A stretch of 64,000 nucleotides of DNA from a virus (lineage: Duplodnaviria; Caudoviricetes). Below the pieces are notes generated by a model, which saw nothing but the letters and a program-made list of their open reading frames with translations, ran no database searches and was not told the origin of the DNA. The position numbers and the translations under genes are program-made. The DNA is taken from positions 1 to 64,000 of IMG/VR virus record IMGVR_UViG_3300028797_000128; one strand, given 5' to 3'. This document shows, one piece after another, positions 39,679-49,910 of the stretch; the stretch's first letter is position 1; each line of letters opens with the position of its first letter.

Positions 39679-39900
39679 ATGGAACTGAGGTGCGGTATGA
39701 CAAACCGGGAAAAATATATTTTGAGGCGTAATGAGTATGATATGCTTGTGCAGATACAGGCGGCAATTGCATCACAGCCTTATCTATGCGTTATCGAAGC
39801 TTTGACAGGCAAGGATTACCCTTGTCCAGATGATAAGGTGTGTATGCTTGATACCTGTGAAGAATGCATTCAAAATTGGTTAAACGAGGAGGCGGAATAA
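39679..39900 (+). CDS. hypothetical Cys-rich protein
   Basis: MTNREKY..CEECIQNWL. Confidence 0.65.
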   Translation: MELRCGMTNREKYILRRNEYDMLVQIQAAIASQPYLCVIEALTGKDYPCPDDKVCMLDTCEECIQNWLNEEAE

Positions 39901-40114
39901 TATGTTTCTTTTACTGGCATTGCTGCTCGTCGCAAGTGGCACAACATTTATGACGTTGTACGGCAAGGCAAAGACACACAGAGAACAGACTGTGTATATG
40001 GTGATGGTGATATGGCAACTGCTGACCGCAGGAATCACTATGGATAAATTTTTTAAATAGACTAAGCAAGGAGCCCCATAATCTAAAACACATGGGAGGA
40101 ATTGCAAAAAACGC

Positions 40115-40143
40115 TTGACAAATCAAGAAATTAGTGTTATAAT
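40115..40143 (+). promoter_or_regulatory. sigmaA promoter, near-identical to 37695
   Basis: TTGACAAATCAAGAAATTAGTGTTATAAT. Confidence 0.85.
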
Positions 40144-40218
40144 ATAATTGTGGGGAACAATATAATTTTTCTCTATTATTATATCCTTGCATAACAAGAA
40201 ATGAAAGGTGGTGAATAA

Positions 40219-41316
40219 ATGTTTAGAGCTTACAAGATGAGAATATTCCCAACAGAAGAACAAAAAACATTGATAACAAAGACTTTTGGTTGCTGCCGTT
40301 GGTACTGGAATCAGGCATTGCATGACAATATAGAATATTACAAAGAAAACGGCAAGGGCAAAATAACAACTCCCGCAAAATATAAAGCGGAGAATGAATG
40401 GTTAAAAGAAGTGGATGCTGTTGCATTGTGTTGTACTCAAATGGATCTGCAATCGGCTTTCTCTAAGTTTTTCAAAAAACCAAATGTTGGATTCCCTAAA
40501 TACAAATCTAAGAAAAGACCTAAGAACAGCTACAAAACAACTCAAACACGAGGATTTGTTGTTGGAGATGATTATGTAAAGCTTACGAAATTAGGTAAGG
40601 TTAAACTTATAAATCATCGTCACAAAACTGGAACGTGTAAATCGGCTACGATATCACTCACATCAAGTGGCAAATACTATGTGTCTTGTTTATTCGAGGA
40701 AGATATTGACTTTCTGTCAGAGACAAACAAGGAAGTTGGGATTGACTTAGGTCTTGCAGATTTGGCAATTTGCTCCGACGGCACTAAGTTTCCTGTGCTT
40801 AGGGCGTTGCGTAAGAATTTAGCAAAACTAAAGAGAGAACAACGTAAACTTAGTAAAATGACTTTCGGTAGCAATTGCTATCTAAAACAAAAACAAAGAG
40901 TAGCAGAATTGCATGAGCATATAGCAAATCAGCGCAAAGATTATTTACATAAGGTAAGCCACAAACTCATAAACGAGAACCAAGTTGTGTGTTTGGAGGA
41001 CTTAAATGTAAAGGGTTTGCTCAAGAATCATCATCTGGCTCTATCAATATCTGACGTTGGCTGGTCTAAATTTGTATCAATGCTACAGTACAAGGCAGAT
41101 TGGTATGGCAGAACAGTACAGAAGATAGGGCGATTCTATCCGAGTAGTCAGATATGCAGTAGTTGTGGTTGCGTAACAGGTAAGAAACCATTGCATATTC
41201 GAGAGTGGGTTTGCCCTGAGTGTGGAGCAAAACACGACAGAGATGTAAACGCAGCTAAGAATATACTGCAAGAAGGTAAAAGAATTTTGGCGGCAAGCAC
41301 TTGTCGTGACAGGTAG
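40219..41316 (+). CDS. tnpB: TnpB RNA-guided nuclease
   Basis: AYKMRIFP, GIDLG, LEDL, Zn finger, HDRDVNAA; right-end hairpin at 41381-41411. Confidence 0.92.
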   Translation: MFRAYKMRIFPTEEQKTLITKTFGCCRWYWNQALHDNIEYYKENGKGKITTPAKYKAENEWLKEVDAVALCCTQMDLQSAFSKFFKKPNVGFPKYKSKKRPKNSYKTTQTRGFVVGDDYVKLTKLGKVKLINHRHKTGTCKSATISLTSSGKYYVSCLFEEDIDFLSETNKEVGIDLGLADLAICSDGTKFPVLRALRKNLAKLKREQRKLSKMTFGSNCYLKQKQRVAELHEHIANQRKDYLHKVSHKLINENQVVCLEDLNVKGLLKNHHLALSISDVGWSKFVSMLQYKADWYGRTVQKIGRFYPSSQICSSCGCVTGKKPLHIREWVCPECGAKHDRDVNAAKNILQEGKRILAASTCRDR

Positions 41317-41425
41317 TTTATGCTTTCGGATAAGTTGTGTCAGCCTATAAATGGCACAACGAAGCCGAATCGAGCTACAAGCCCGTTGGCTTTAGGCGAC
41401 GGGTAGTTGACATTCTTTAATTGAG

Positions 41426-41668
41426 GTGGATGATATGTATTATAATGGCAAATGGTACGAGGAATGTGAAATGTCAGCTTATGTGCGACAATTGGAACAA
41501 GAACGTGATGCCTATAAGGAAGAATTAAAAGACTGGCTGCGTAAGGCTTGTGAATGTATCGAGGGCAACGATTTCGACTGCTCAATATGTACATTTTATG
41601 GTTCTGTAAAGTGTCCAAGCAAAGTCAACACTTATGATGCAAAGCTCAGACTGGAGGAGTTACGATGA
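41426..41668 (+). CDS. hypothetical protein
   Basis: ORF in operon. Confidence 0.6.
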   Translation: MDDMYYNGKWYEECEMSAYVRQLEQERDAYKEELKDWLRKACECIEGNDFDCSICTFYGSVKCPSKVNTYDAKLRLEELR

Positions 41669-41793
41669 AACTGAGAGAACTACTTAAAGGCAAAGGTCAG
41701 ACACGCATCAAGGAATATGAGCAGTATGGAGATCAACTCATATTTGTAGGTGGTGGTTTCTATGACGGCAGACGCATACTTCCTCTTGATTAG
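41665..41793 (+). pseudogene. small gene interrupted by IS200/IS605 element
   Basis: MKLRELL...RILPLD ends at TTGAT insertion site. Confidence 0.55.
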
Positions 41794-43087
41794 AATTTCG
41801 GCGCGTACTCGTGACTTTAGTCGTGAGTTAGCCGAAACAATATCTCAAATAAGACAATACATACAAAATCAGAAAGAGAGGTGATATTATGGAGAAAGCG
41901 TATAAGTTTAGGTTATATCCTAATAAGGAGCAACAGATTCTTTTGGCAAAGACTTTTGGTTGCGCACGCTTTGTTTATAATTATTATCTCGACAAAAGGA
42001 TAACTGCTTATAAAACTGATAAAACTACATTAAGTGCTTACGATTGTATAAGAGATTTGACTTCTTTAAAGAAAGAGTATGAATGGCTTAAAGAACCTGA
42101 TAAGTGTGCATTGCAGAATACGCTAAAAGATTTGGATAGTGCATACAAAGGATTCTTTAAGTCGGGCAAAGGCTTTCCCAAGTTTAAATCAAAGAAAACA
42201 CATAGATATTCATATAGAACTTCTTATACAAATAACAATATACAATTCTTAGGTAACTCAATCAAACTACCTAAACTTGGTAAGGTTAAAATCAGAGATA
42301 AGCAGATTCCACAGGGTAGGATTCTTAATGCTACAATATCTCAAACACCTTCTGGTAAATACTATTGTTCATTATGTTGTACAGATGTAACAGTAGAACC
42401 TTTTGAAAAGACTGGAAGTGTAGTTGGTATTGACTTAGGTATTAAAGAATTTGCAATAACGTCTGATAATGAACACATTGAAAATCCTAAATATTTAGCA
42501 AAATCTTTAAAGAAACTCGCTCGGTTACAACGTCAACTTTCTCGAAAAACAAGAGGTAGTAATCGTTGGAATAAGGCAAGAATAAAGGTTGCTAAGTGTC
42601 AGGAACAAATTGCAAATCAAAGAACAGACTTCTTACACAAACTATCTACAAGACTTGTAAAGGAATATGATGTTATTAGTCTTGAAGATTTAAATGTAAG
42701 CGGTATGCTTAAAAATCATAAACTTGCAAGAAGTGTTTCTGATGTGTCGTGGTCGCAGTTTACTACTATGTTGCAATACAAAGCTAATTGGTACGGCAAG
42801 GATATTATCAAAATAGATAGATTCTTTGCGAGTAGCCAGTTATGCAATGTGTGTGGCTATAAGAACACTGAGACTAAGGATTTAAGTGTTAGGTCGTGGG
42901 TGTGTCCTAACTGTGGCACTTCACATGACAGAGATGTTAATGCTTCAATAAATATATTGAACGAAGGACTAAGGCAAATAGTCTAACATATGTAAAGCGG
43001 TAGGAACTATCGTGTTAGCTCGTGGAGAAAGTAGGTTACGAAATCTATGAAGCGAGAACCCTACGACTTTAGTCGTGGGAGGTTCAG
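41791..43087 (+). mobile_element. non-autonomous IS200/IS605 (tnpB-only) element
   Basis: similar GACTTTAGTCGTG hairpins at both ends, 5' TTGAT, 3' GGTTCA. Confidence 0.8.
41889..42986 (+). CDS. tnpB: TnpB RNA-guided nuclease
   Basis: [25 protein letters not shown]. Confidence 0.93.
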   Translation: MEKAYKFRLYPNKEQQILLAKTFGCARFVYNYYLDKRITAYKTDKTTLSAYDCIRDLTSLKKEYEWLKEPDKCALQNTLKDLDSAYKGFFKSGKGFPKFKSKKTHRYSYRTSYTNNNIQFLGNSIKLPKLGKVKIRDKQIPQGRILNATISQTPSGKYYCSLCCTDVTVEPFEKTGSVVGIDLGIKEFAITSDNEHIENPKYLAKSLKKLARLQRQLSRKTRGSNRWNKARIKVAKCQEQIANQRTDFLHKLSTRLVKEYDVISLEDLNVSGMLKNHKLARSVSDVSWSQFTTMLQYKANWYGKDIIKIDRFFASSQLCNVCGYKNTETKDLSVRSWVCPNCGTSHDRDVNASINILNEGLRQIV

Positions 43088-43096
43088 GATAGCGAG

Positions 43097-43288
43097 GTGA
43101 CGAAAATGAGATTAATATTGAGTTTAGTTCTGACAATTTGTGGCGCATATTTTATTTTCAGTTATGGAGAGTCAATGAATAGCCTAAGTTATCTCGACCA
43201 AAATCACAAACCTGTGTGGAAGGTGGCAGTCGCTTGTTTTGATTTATTAGTGGCTGGCATAAACCTTGCCAAATTTTTACAGAAATGA
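43097..43288 (+). CDS. small membrane protein
   Basis: two hydrophobic segments. Confidence 0.5.
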   Translation: MTKMRLILSLVLTICGAYFIFSYGESMNSLSYLDQNHKPVWKVAVACFDLLVAGINLAKFLQK

Positions 43289-43470
43289 CTTTGCCTGTAA
43301 TAAAAACCGTGTTGGCAACAGGCGACCAATACGGATCTGGATTGAAGAAGATGATGGCTTGGCTGAAGATATGTGACTTAGGCAATGTGTCAGACGCACA
43401 GGCTCAGATGTATTTAGATTATTTGAATGGAGATGATAACAATGTGTTCAGAGACAACAAGAAAGATTAA
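43285..43470 (+). CDS. hypothetical protein
   Basis: coupled ORF. Confidence 0.5.
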   Translation: MTLPVIKTVLATGDQYGSGLKKMMAWLKICDLGNVSDAQAQMYLDYLNGDDNNVFRDNKKD

Positions 43471-43615
43471 AGAGTTTTCTACCGATGTGAAACAAACCGA
43501 CGCACTTCTTGCTTTACTCGATTATTATGATAGACCCGCCCTTATCAATATATCAGAGCAAGAGGGACTTGAATTTCTCGCAAAGTTAGAAAGTGGTGAA
43601 ATTGTAATTGGGTGA
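43427..43615 (+). CDS. hypothetical protein
   Basis: coupled ORF. Confidence 0.5.
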   Translation: MEMITMCSETTRKIKEFSTDVKQTDALLALLDYYDRPALINISEQEGLEFLAKLESGEIVIG

Positions 43616-44171
43616 TATATTTCGAGGCTTCTTGCATTGTTTACTTGTTGATGTAGCTGTTGCTCTTGCATTCACCGCATTGTATGCCTATATGGATGAA
43701 AAGGCTTTTGAGATATTATACAGTGGGCGCAGAAGATTTGACGGGGAGTATAATACAGAACGACTATTATCAGCATTGGTATTCGGTCTTATTCCATTTA
43801 TAGGCTTTGGAAGTTTGTGTTACTGCCTTTATACACTATCAGATAGGGTTGAGGGGCACGTGTGGAGTATTAGATTGATAAGTAGAAAGAGACAAAGCGT
43901 TCTAATCGTGCAAGAACCGTGTGATTTTAGTGCAGAATTGGCGTTGTTTATTTTACAAGGTCAAATTATATTCAGAAAACTAAGGCGCAGAATTGCCACG
44001 AGAATTACACGAATTTTTCATAAGGAGGATAAAGATGGTTCATATCATAAGCGAGTGGTATTACGAGATGGACGAATTTCAGTATGTTCTGATACGGAAA
44101 TATATGAAAAGAAAAGGCATTTTCGGGCAAACTGGAAAGTATTCGGACGAAATGGTAGAGAAGAAAGATGA
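43608..44171 (+). CDS. hypothetical membrane protein (3' part overlaps next gene)
   Basis: hydrophobic N-terminal half. Confidence 0.4.
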   Translation: MGDIFRGFLHCLLVDVAVALAFTALYAYMDEKAFEILYSGRRRFDGEYNTERLLSALVFGLIPFIGFGSLCYCLYTLSDRVEGHVWSIRLISRKRQSVLIVQEPCDFSAELALFILQGQIIFRKLRRRIATRITRIFHKEDKDGSYHKRVVLRDGRISVCSDTEIYEKKRHFRANWKVFGRNGREER

Positions 44172-44331
44172 AGTGGGATATTATCATACTTTAGAGTCGA
44201 TGATGAAGGGACTTGCAAGAATCATGGTCAAGGAGAAATACGACCGTGGAGAGATCAAGACTATCAGAGATCACATTCAGGCATTACAGGATTTACAAGA
44301 AGAACTGCGTGATTTATTGAGGAGTGAATAA
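44035..44331 (+). CDS. hypothetical protein
   Basis: RBS AAGGAGG; GYYHTLES motif. Confidence 0.7.
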   Translation: MVHIISEWYYEMDEFQYVLIRKYMKRKGIFGQTGKYSDEMVEKKDEVGYYHTLESMMKGLARIMVKEKYDRGEIKTIRDHIQALQDLQEELRDLLRSE

Positions 44332-44467
44332 AATGATATTAAGAAGTAAATATACTATGATAGTTTGTGCGGATGATTTTGATTATAAATGGTGTTCTCG
44401 CAAAGGCGTATTTTGCCACAAAGATTCATTTGGGTTTGAATGTGGTAGCTGTCATAGGAGATAGTAT

Positions 44468-45046
44468 ATGCCTGTAGGAGTGTACCAGATAAAGAATGTG
44501 GTTAATGGCAAGAGATATGTTGGTGAGTCATTAGATGTTGTCAAACGCTGGGGCGAGCACCGCAGAGATTTAGCAAAGGGCAATCACCATTGCAAGCGTC
44601 TACAAACTGATTACAAACATTATCCCGATGCTGTGTTCAGGTATAGGATAAGAGAAAGGTTTTGGTTTACGAAACATTTTGTTAATCACAACAAGCTTAT
44701 TCTCACTCTACTACTTCGAGAAGGTTATCACATGGATAAGACTAACTCACTTCTTGCATACAATACCGACGATACTATCGGTGCTTTGAAGATGTTTGCC
44801 GATACCGGGAATAATAAGCGATTTGCAAAATATAAACGATATCGCAGATGGATTAATCGCCACATTGGTTATGCAATTCACTGGCGACCACATATCTTAG
44901 TGGCAAGTTTATATAATTACGCAGTCCGTTTCTTCCTTTACACATTGGTGGGGGTGATAATATGGGTACTCTTATCTTTTACATCATTCTCTTTGGAGGC
45001 GGTTACAAACTTTATAAATGGTTTCAGATTCGCAAACGGGGCATAA
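44468..45046 (+). CDS. GIY-YIG domain protein with C-terminal hydrophobic segment
   Basis: GVYQIKN..RYVGES..RW.EH. Confidence 0.75.
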   Translation: MPVGVYQIKNVVNGKRYVGESLDVVKRWGEHRRDLAKGNHHCKRLQTDYKHYPDAVFRYRIRERFWFTKHFVNHNKLILTLLLREGYHMDKTNSLLAYNTDDTIGALKMFADTGNNKRFAKYKRYRRWINRHIGYAIHWRPHILVASLYNYAVRFFLYTLVGVIIWVLLSFTSFSLEAVTNFINGFRFANGA

Positions 45047-45426
45047 ATATTGTCAGGCTCGATCAGGAATTGCAAAGTCTTAACGAGCAGCGTAATCGCT
45101 TAATGGCATTGCACTCTATGATAACGGATGTAGATTTGTGTAGCCACAAAGCTCACACCTATAAGATATTTAACATCTCATGGATAGATGATGTTACAGG
45201 CGAAAGACAAGAGTACGATTTGTTTATTGCCGATAATAAAAATGCAAACGCTAAAGCCTTGCGGACTTTGGCAACAATTGAGATAGCTGAAATCAAACCT
45301 TCTCTCAATGATGATATTGAGAGATTCAAATTGAGAAGTCATATGATGACTAAAGAGCAGAAGCAAGTCTCTAATGAGATTGAAAGAGAAGTTGAAACTA
45401 TGGGAGAGACAAGTGTTCATTTCTGA
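44962..45426 (+). CDS. hypothetical membrane-anchored protein
   Basis: N-terminal TM segment. Confidence 0.6.
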   Translation: MGTLIFYIILFGGGYKLYKWFQIRKRGINIVRLDQELQSLNEQRNRLMALHSMITDVDLCSHKAHTYKIFNISWIDDVTGERQEYDLFIADNKNANAKALRTLATIEIAEIKPSLNDDIERFKLRSHMMTKEQKQVSNEIEREVETMGETSVHF

Positions 45427-45520
45427 CCTCTCCCCTGCCGGGTTTAGGGTAGCGATTGTGCCTTTGCGGTAGATTAATCTATAAATTTTTAACCGCTATT
45501 GACGAAAGGGGAGATAAAAA

Positions 45521-45829
45521 ATGCAATGTAAGGATATTAAATATTGTGAGATGTGTGGAAAGAAAATAAGTGATATCAACGATCCTAATACGGACTGGAT
45601 GTCTCATATAAGAATTAAATATTGTCCTGAGTGTGCTGCTTATAGGAGAAAGATGAATAAACGGAATTGGGCTTCTAAAAATACCGATGCTCATAAGACG
45701 GTTGAAGCGTTTCTCGGAGAGTATTCTGCTCTGATGAGAGAGCAGATATCGGAACTGAAAGAACAGGTTGAGTTGGTTAAGTCTGAGAATGATTTGCTTA
45801 GAAAACAGATAATTAGTCTTAGAGAGTAA
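45521..45829 (+). CDS. Zn-finger / coiled-coil protein
   Basis: CEMCG..YCPEC. Confidence 0.65.
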   Translation: MQCKDIKYCEMCGKKISDINDPNTDWMSHIRIKYCPECAAYRRKMNKRNWASKNTDAHKTVEAFLGEYSALMREQISELKEQVELVKSENDLLRKQIISLRE

Positions 45830-45895
45830 AAATGTGTAAAATATTTGCTATATTTTTGTGTGAGCAAGATAATAAATGAGTGATACAAGGGGGGA

Positions 45896-48754
45896 ATGGA
45901 TAATTTGGAAACAAATTCTGTATACATACTTTCATGTGAGGCAAAAGACCTTTATGCAGCCAAGAGATTGGTTAATCCCGTAATAGATGATAAAGGTGTG
46001 GTTCTCGGACATACCAACACTAATCTGAAGCGTTGGAAGAATACACTTGACTTCAGCCTTGATCTTATGAAACTTCGTGAAGTTGCCTATCAGCATTATC
46101 ATAATCGTAGCTCATTCTTCTTTGATAAGGAGTTGGGCAAGGAATTTACTCAGCGTGTTATCAATGTAGACTTTGACTTAGCCTATAAAGAGTGGAATCG
46201 TCATGGTGACATATATGTGCGTGATGGCTACGGCATGGCAGACATTAAAGAGATTGGCAAGTATGGTGACAGGACATTCTATAAGGACGGAATCTGTATT
46301 GGTGTAAAAGTTGGCGATGTTACAGAAGATGAAGTCGTGGTGTGGGACGGTGTGCCAAAGTATTTCGTGTATGATGAAGCTAATCGCAAAATCAAACTTG
46401 GCAAGAGTATACCGACGCTTATGAGTCGTGGAGAGCTTCGCTTTGACCTTTATGAGAATGGATTTATCTGTAATGGCATAAAGTATGTGCGTTACAAGAG
46501 ATCGTCAGGCAGTAGTCGTGTTGGTAAGTGTCTTTTTATAGACGAGAATCTTTATCCCGCAATGCACAAATGGGAGTTGTGTGGCTTAAAGATTAAAGAG
46601 GGAGACAAGATTGACCTTGCCGCATTTGAAGCCTACATCTCATTACCTTCCAGTAGTTGTATTGATACTCTTGAGATACGCCCCGAAAACATACTTGTTA
46701 TTGATGACTATGAGTCAGAGTTTGAAGATGATGTCGTAGCGGTCTATGGCGAGGGTGAGGATTTTGTTGCCAAAGAGGAACGAGCCAAGATAAAGAATAG
46801 CATTTGGGATGGGCAAAGTCTCTTAGATGTAAGTATGTATGGTGAGCATTACGCAGATAGAACAATGCTCCTTCTTCGTAACCGTTTCTTCAAGAGTGCA
46901 TCATTCAAGACAAGAATACAGGACTGGTTTAGAGATAATGGCATTACAGAAGTATCTCAGCTTAAAGGTTATACCAGAGCAACCCGCATAGAGGATATCA
47001 AACTTATTACTACTCCATCAAGTATAAAGTATGTGAAGTTTGGCACTATTGAGCAATGGCTTGACAATCTCTATCCGACTTTTGGAATAGTAAAGTATGA
47101 GAAGCCTACTAAATATTTGGATGGCAGAATGGTTCAATGCCATTATCAATTACTCAACTCTCTGCAACTTACTCGTGATGATATACAAGCATTACTACAG
47201 CCTAATTTTGATTATCTCAATCTCATCCGCAAGGACGCTGCGGTAATGCGCTATCATCTCAAATACCCTTATGCTTTAGCCGATAATGATGAACCTTGTT
47301 TGACCCGTGATGAGATTATCATGAAGGTAATTGGAATGAATAGCAAGTTTGTAGAAACAAAGTTGTATGACAACTTCCGCAAGGAACTTGTAAAGTCTAT
47401 GCTAAAAGAATATCGCAAGGGGCATATATGGATTAGTGGCAACTATGAAACCCTGATTGGCAACGGCATTGAAATGTTGCAAGCTACTATTGGCGCGTTT
47501 AAAGGCGAGAGTGTTTTAGGTGTTGGACATATTCATACAAAGAGATTTGAGTATGGTAAGACTTTGCTTGGTACAAGATCCCCGCATATAAATTCAGGTG
47601 ATGTTCTACTTACAACCAATGTGGCAAATGAGCTTTATGACAGATATCTGGTTTCAAGCAATGAAGTTGTTCATATTAATAGCATAAATGAAAATATATT
47701 GCAGAGACTTCAAGGTGCTGACATGGATTCCGATTGTATACTGCTTACTGATAATGAAGTTCTTATAAATGCCGCTAAGAAAAATTATGATAAGTTTAGA
47801 GTCCCCACAAGTTTCATTGAGGCTAAGAAGATTCAGTGGACTTATGACGCAAAATCAAAGGCACAGCTTGATATAAATACAAGTGTTAATTTGATAGGTC
47901 AGATTGTTAATCAATCGCAATACCTCAATTCAATAATGTGGGAACGCATTTATAATGAAGTAAAACAAGGTATTTCAAACGAAGATGCAATCAGGCATCA
48001 ACATGAATTATATGATGATATTTGTATACTCAGTGCTGCCAGTGGATCTGAGATCGACCGAGCCAAGAAGATGTTTGATGTTGATACGTCAAAAATGCTC
48101 ACAACATTAAAAGAAAAGTACGGCATTTATACTGAGGTTAATGGTAAAGAGAAATTTACAAAACCGCTTTTCTTTCGCAACATCACTCTCGGAAACGGAT
48201 ATACACTTAATCCTAATCAGTATTATAGGCAGTTTGAAACATCTATGGATTATCTACAAAAGGCAATTGATAAATTCAGAGCCGATAAGATTGAAGCAAA
48301 AAATCTGCCGTTCTGTGAGATTATCAAACCTATGGACGTAGATTGGCGCAAGGCAAACTCTCGCCTGTACAACAAGGTTTATGAGATTATAAACAAAATT
48401 AAGGCTATGCGTGAAAGCATACAGAGTGCATATATTGGGTATACGGATAAAACCAAAGATGAGAAAAAACTCATAACCAAAGAAGTCGCAGAAATCAGAA
48501 GTCACTGTGTAGACTATGTTGCAAACATTCATTTAAACGATGTTGAGATGTATTTGCTTTTAAGGGAAATAGATAAGGATAAAAATGCAGGATATGCAAG
48601 AACAATTTTCGACACATTGTTTGCAACAGGCAATGCCGACCTGTATGAAATGATAAGAAGTAGTTCTGACGAGCAGTATAAACTCTCAAAAAAGAGTAAT
48701 GAAAATTGCGTAAGACTATTCAATTATGACTATTTTAAGCAAAAAATCGGCTAA
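45896..48754 (+). CDS. YonO-like single-subunit two-barrel RNA polymerase
   Basis: RSSGSSRVGKCLF, DGQSL, LLRN.FFK, RSPH, RLQGADMDSD, EIDRAK. Confidence 0.85.
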   Translation: MDNLETNSVYILSCEAKDLYAAKRLVNPVIDDKGVVLGHTNTNLKRWKNTLDFSLDLMKLREVAYQHYHNRSSFFFDKELGKEFTQRVINVDFDLAYKEWNRHGDIYVRDGYGMADIKEIGKYGDRTFYKDGICIGVKVGDVTEDEVVVWDGVPKYFVYDEANRKIKLGKSIPTLMSRGELRFDLYENGFICNGIKYVRYKRSSGSSRVGKCLFIDENLYPAMHKWELCGLKIKEGDKIDLAAFEAYISLPSSSCIDTLEIRPENILVIDDYESEFEDDVVAVYGEGEDFVAKEERAKIKNSIWDGQSLLDVSMYGEHYADRTMLLLRNRFFKSASFKTRIQDWFRDNGITEVSQLKGYTRATRIEDIKLITTPSSIKYVKFGTIEQWLDNLYPTFGIVKYEKPTKYLDGRMVQCHYQLLNSLQLTRDDIQALLQPNFDYLNLIRKDAAVMRYHLKYPYALADNDEPCLTRDEIIMKVIGMNSKFVETKLYDNFRKELVKSMLKEYRKGHIWISGNYETLIGNGIEMLQATIGAFKGESVLGVGHIHTKRFEYGKTLLGTRSPHINSGDVLLTTNVANELYDRYLVSSNEVVHINSINENILQRLQGADMDSDCILLTDNEVLINAAKKNYDKFRVPTSFIEAKKIQWTYDAKSKAQLDINTSVNLIGQIVNQSQYLNSIMWERIYNEVKQGISNEDAIRHQHELYDDICILSAASGSEIDRAKKMFDVDTSKMLTTLKEKYGIYTEVNGKEKFTKPLFFRNITLGNGYTLNPNQYYRQFETSMDYLQKAIDKFRADKIEAKNLPFCEIIKPMDVDWRKANSRLYNKVYEIINKIKAMRESIQSAYIGYTDKTKDEKKLITKEVAEIRSHCVDYVANIHLNDVEMYLLLREIDKDKNAGYARTIFDTLFATGNADLYEMIRSSSDEQYKLSKKSNENCVRLFNYDYFKQKIG

Positions 48755-48884
48755 ATTTGCACGATAGTAAAATAATTAACATGAGGAAAACGGCTATATT
48801 ACGCCGTTTTTTCTCTTTTGGATAGTGGGGAATATGGATATATGAATATTTGTTCATGTATTCAAATAATAAAACACGAAAGAT

Positions 48885-49082
48885 GTGAAATTAATGATTG
48901 AAATTTCAAAAGCTGAAGCACAGTATCTCAGAAATCACGGAATCCATGAGGGTATAACAAGAACGATGAGACAGAAGTCCAAGCGCAAGCATGTATTGGT
49001 TGCTGAGGAACGTTATATTCTTGAGTTGCTTAATGAATATCGCAAGTCTCAGAATGTCGTACTCACATACGGCACAGTCTAA
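48885..49082 (+). CDS. hypothetical protein
   Basis: ISKAEAQYLR motif. Confidence 0.6.
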   Translation: MKLMIEISKAEAQYLRNHGIHEGITRTMRQKSKRKHVLVAEERYILELLNEYRKSQNVVLTYGTV

Positions 49083-49122
49083 ATCCACTACGGTGGCAGT
49101 CGGATGGCTGATCTTAATTTAA

Positions 49123-49899
49123 GTGAGGAATTGTTTTATGGCTAAGAAGAAACCAGAAACAAAAGTTGATGAAGTAATAGAGAAGGAAATCCCAGAAGGA
49201 TATGTAGAAATCACGCCAGAACAGCTTATGGAATTGCAGGGCGGTGGAATCCAAACTGTAATGAATATCGGTCTTGGTGAAAAACTCGTTCTTGAAGATA
49301 TGCAGGATCGCATTATGTATCTTGATGGCGAAGTAAATTCAGATGTACTTCATACAATTATTATGCAGATATATAAATTAAACGGAGTAGATATTGGTCT
49401 TGAACCAGAAGATATGCAGCCTATTATACTCATTATTAATTCTGGCGGTGGTTCTGTTATGGACGGACTTGCTTTATGTGATGCTATTAATGCGAGTCGT
49501 GTACCTGTAATTGCAATCTGCATTGGTTACGCATATAGTATGGCATTCAACATTTTTACTCAGTGCGACTTGAGACTTGCTACTAAGAACGCCTCATTCC
49601 TTTACCATGATGGCTGGACTTGTGATAGTAATGTTTCAAGCAAAGTTAAGGATGCGGCTAAGTTCTACGACAAGGTTGATGAACGAGTAAATAAGCTCAT
49701 TGCCAACAGGACAAAACTTACAGTAGATTATCTTTCGAGTATAGCAAGAGCAGACACATATTGGTTTGCCGATGAAGGCAAAGAAAATGGATTTGTTGAT
49801 GCTATTATAGGCGAGGATATTGATATAGCAGAGATATTTGGCTTTATGGGGGATATACCTTGTGAGTGTGACCACGACAAGTGCGATTGCAAGAAGTGA
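49123..49899 (+). CDS. ClpP-like protease
   Basis: INSGGGSV, AYSMA, YH, GFVD. Confidence 0.85.
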   Translation: MRNCFMAKKKPETKVDEVIEKEIPEGYVEITPEQLMELQGGGIQTVMNIGLGEKLVLEDMQDRIMYLDGEVNSDVLHTIIMQIYKLNGVDIGLEPEDMQPIILIINSGGGSVMDGLALCDAINASRVPVIAICIGYAYSMAFNIFTQCDLRLATKNASFLYHDGWTCDSNVSSKVKDAAKFYDKVDERVNKLIANRTKLTVDYLSSIARADTYWFADEGKENGFVDAIIGEDIDIAEIFGFMGDIPCECDHDKCDCKK

Positions 49900-49910
49900 G
49901 GTGAAGCCTC

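Noticed and set aside
41412-41430. Internal target for the TnpB guide
   Set aside because: Only 10-11 nt AT-rich matches (near 23603 and 63925), consistent with chance.
45889-45894. G6 tract before the RNA polymerase gene
   Set aside because: Outside the coding frame and explained as an RBS.
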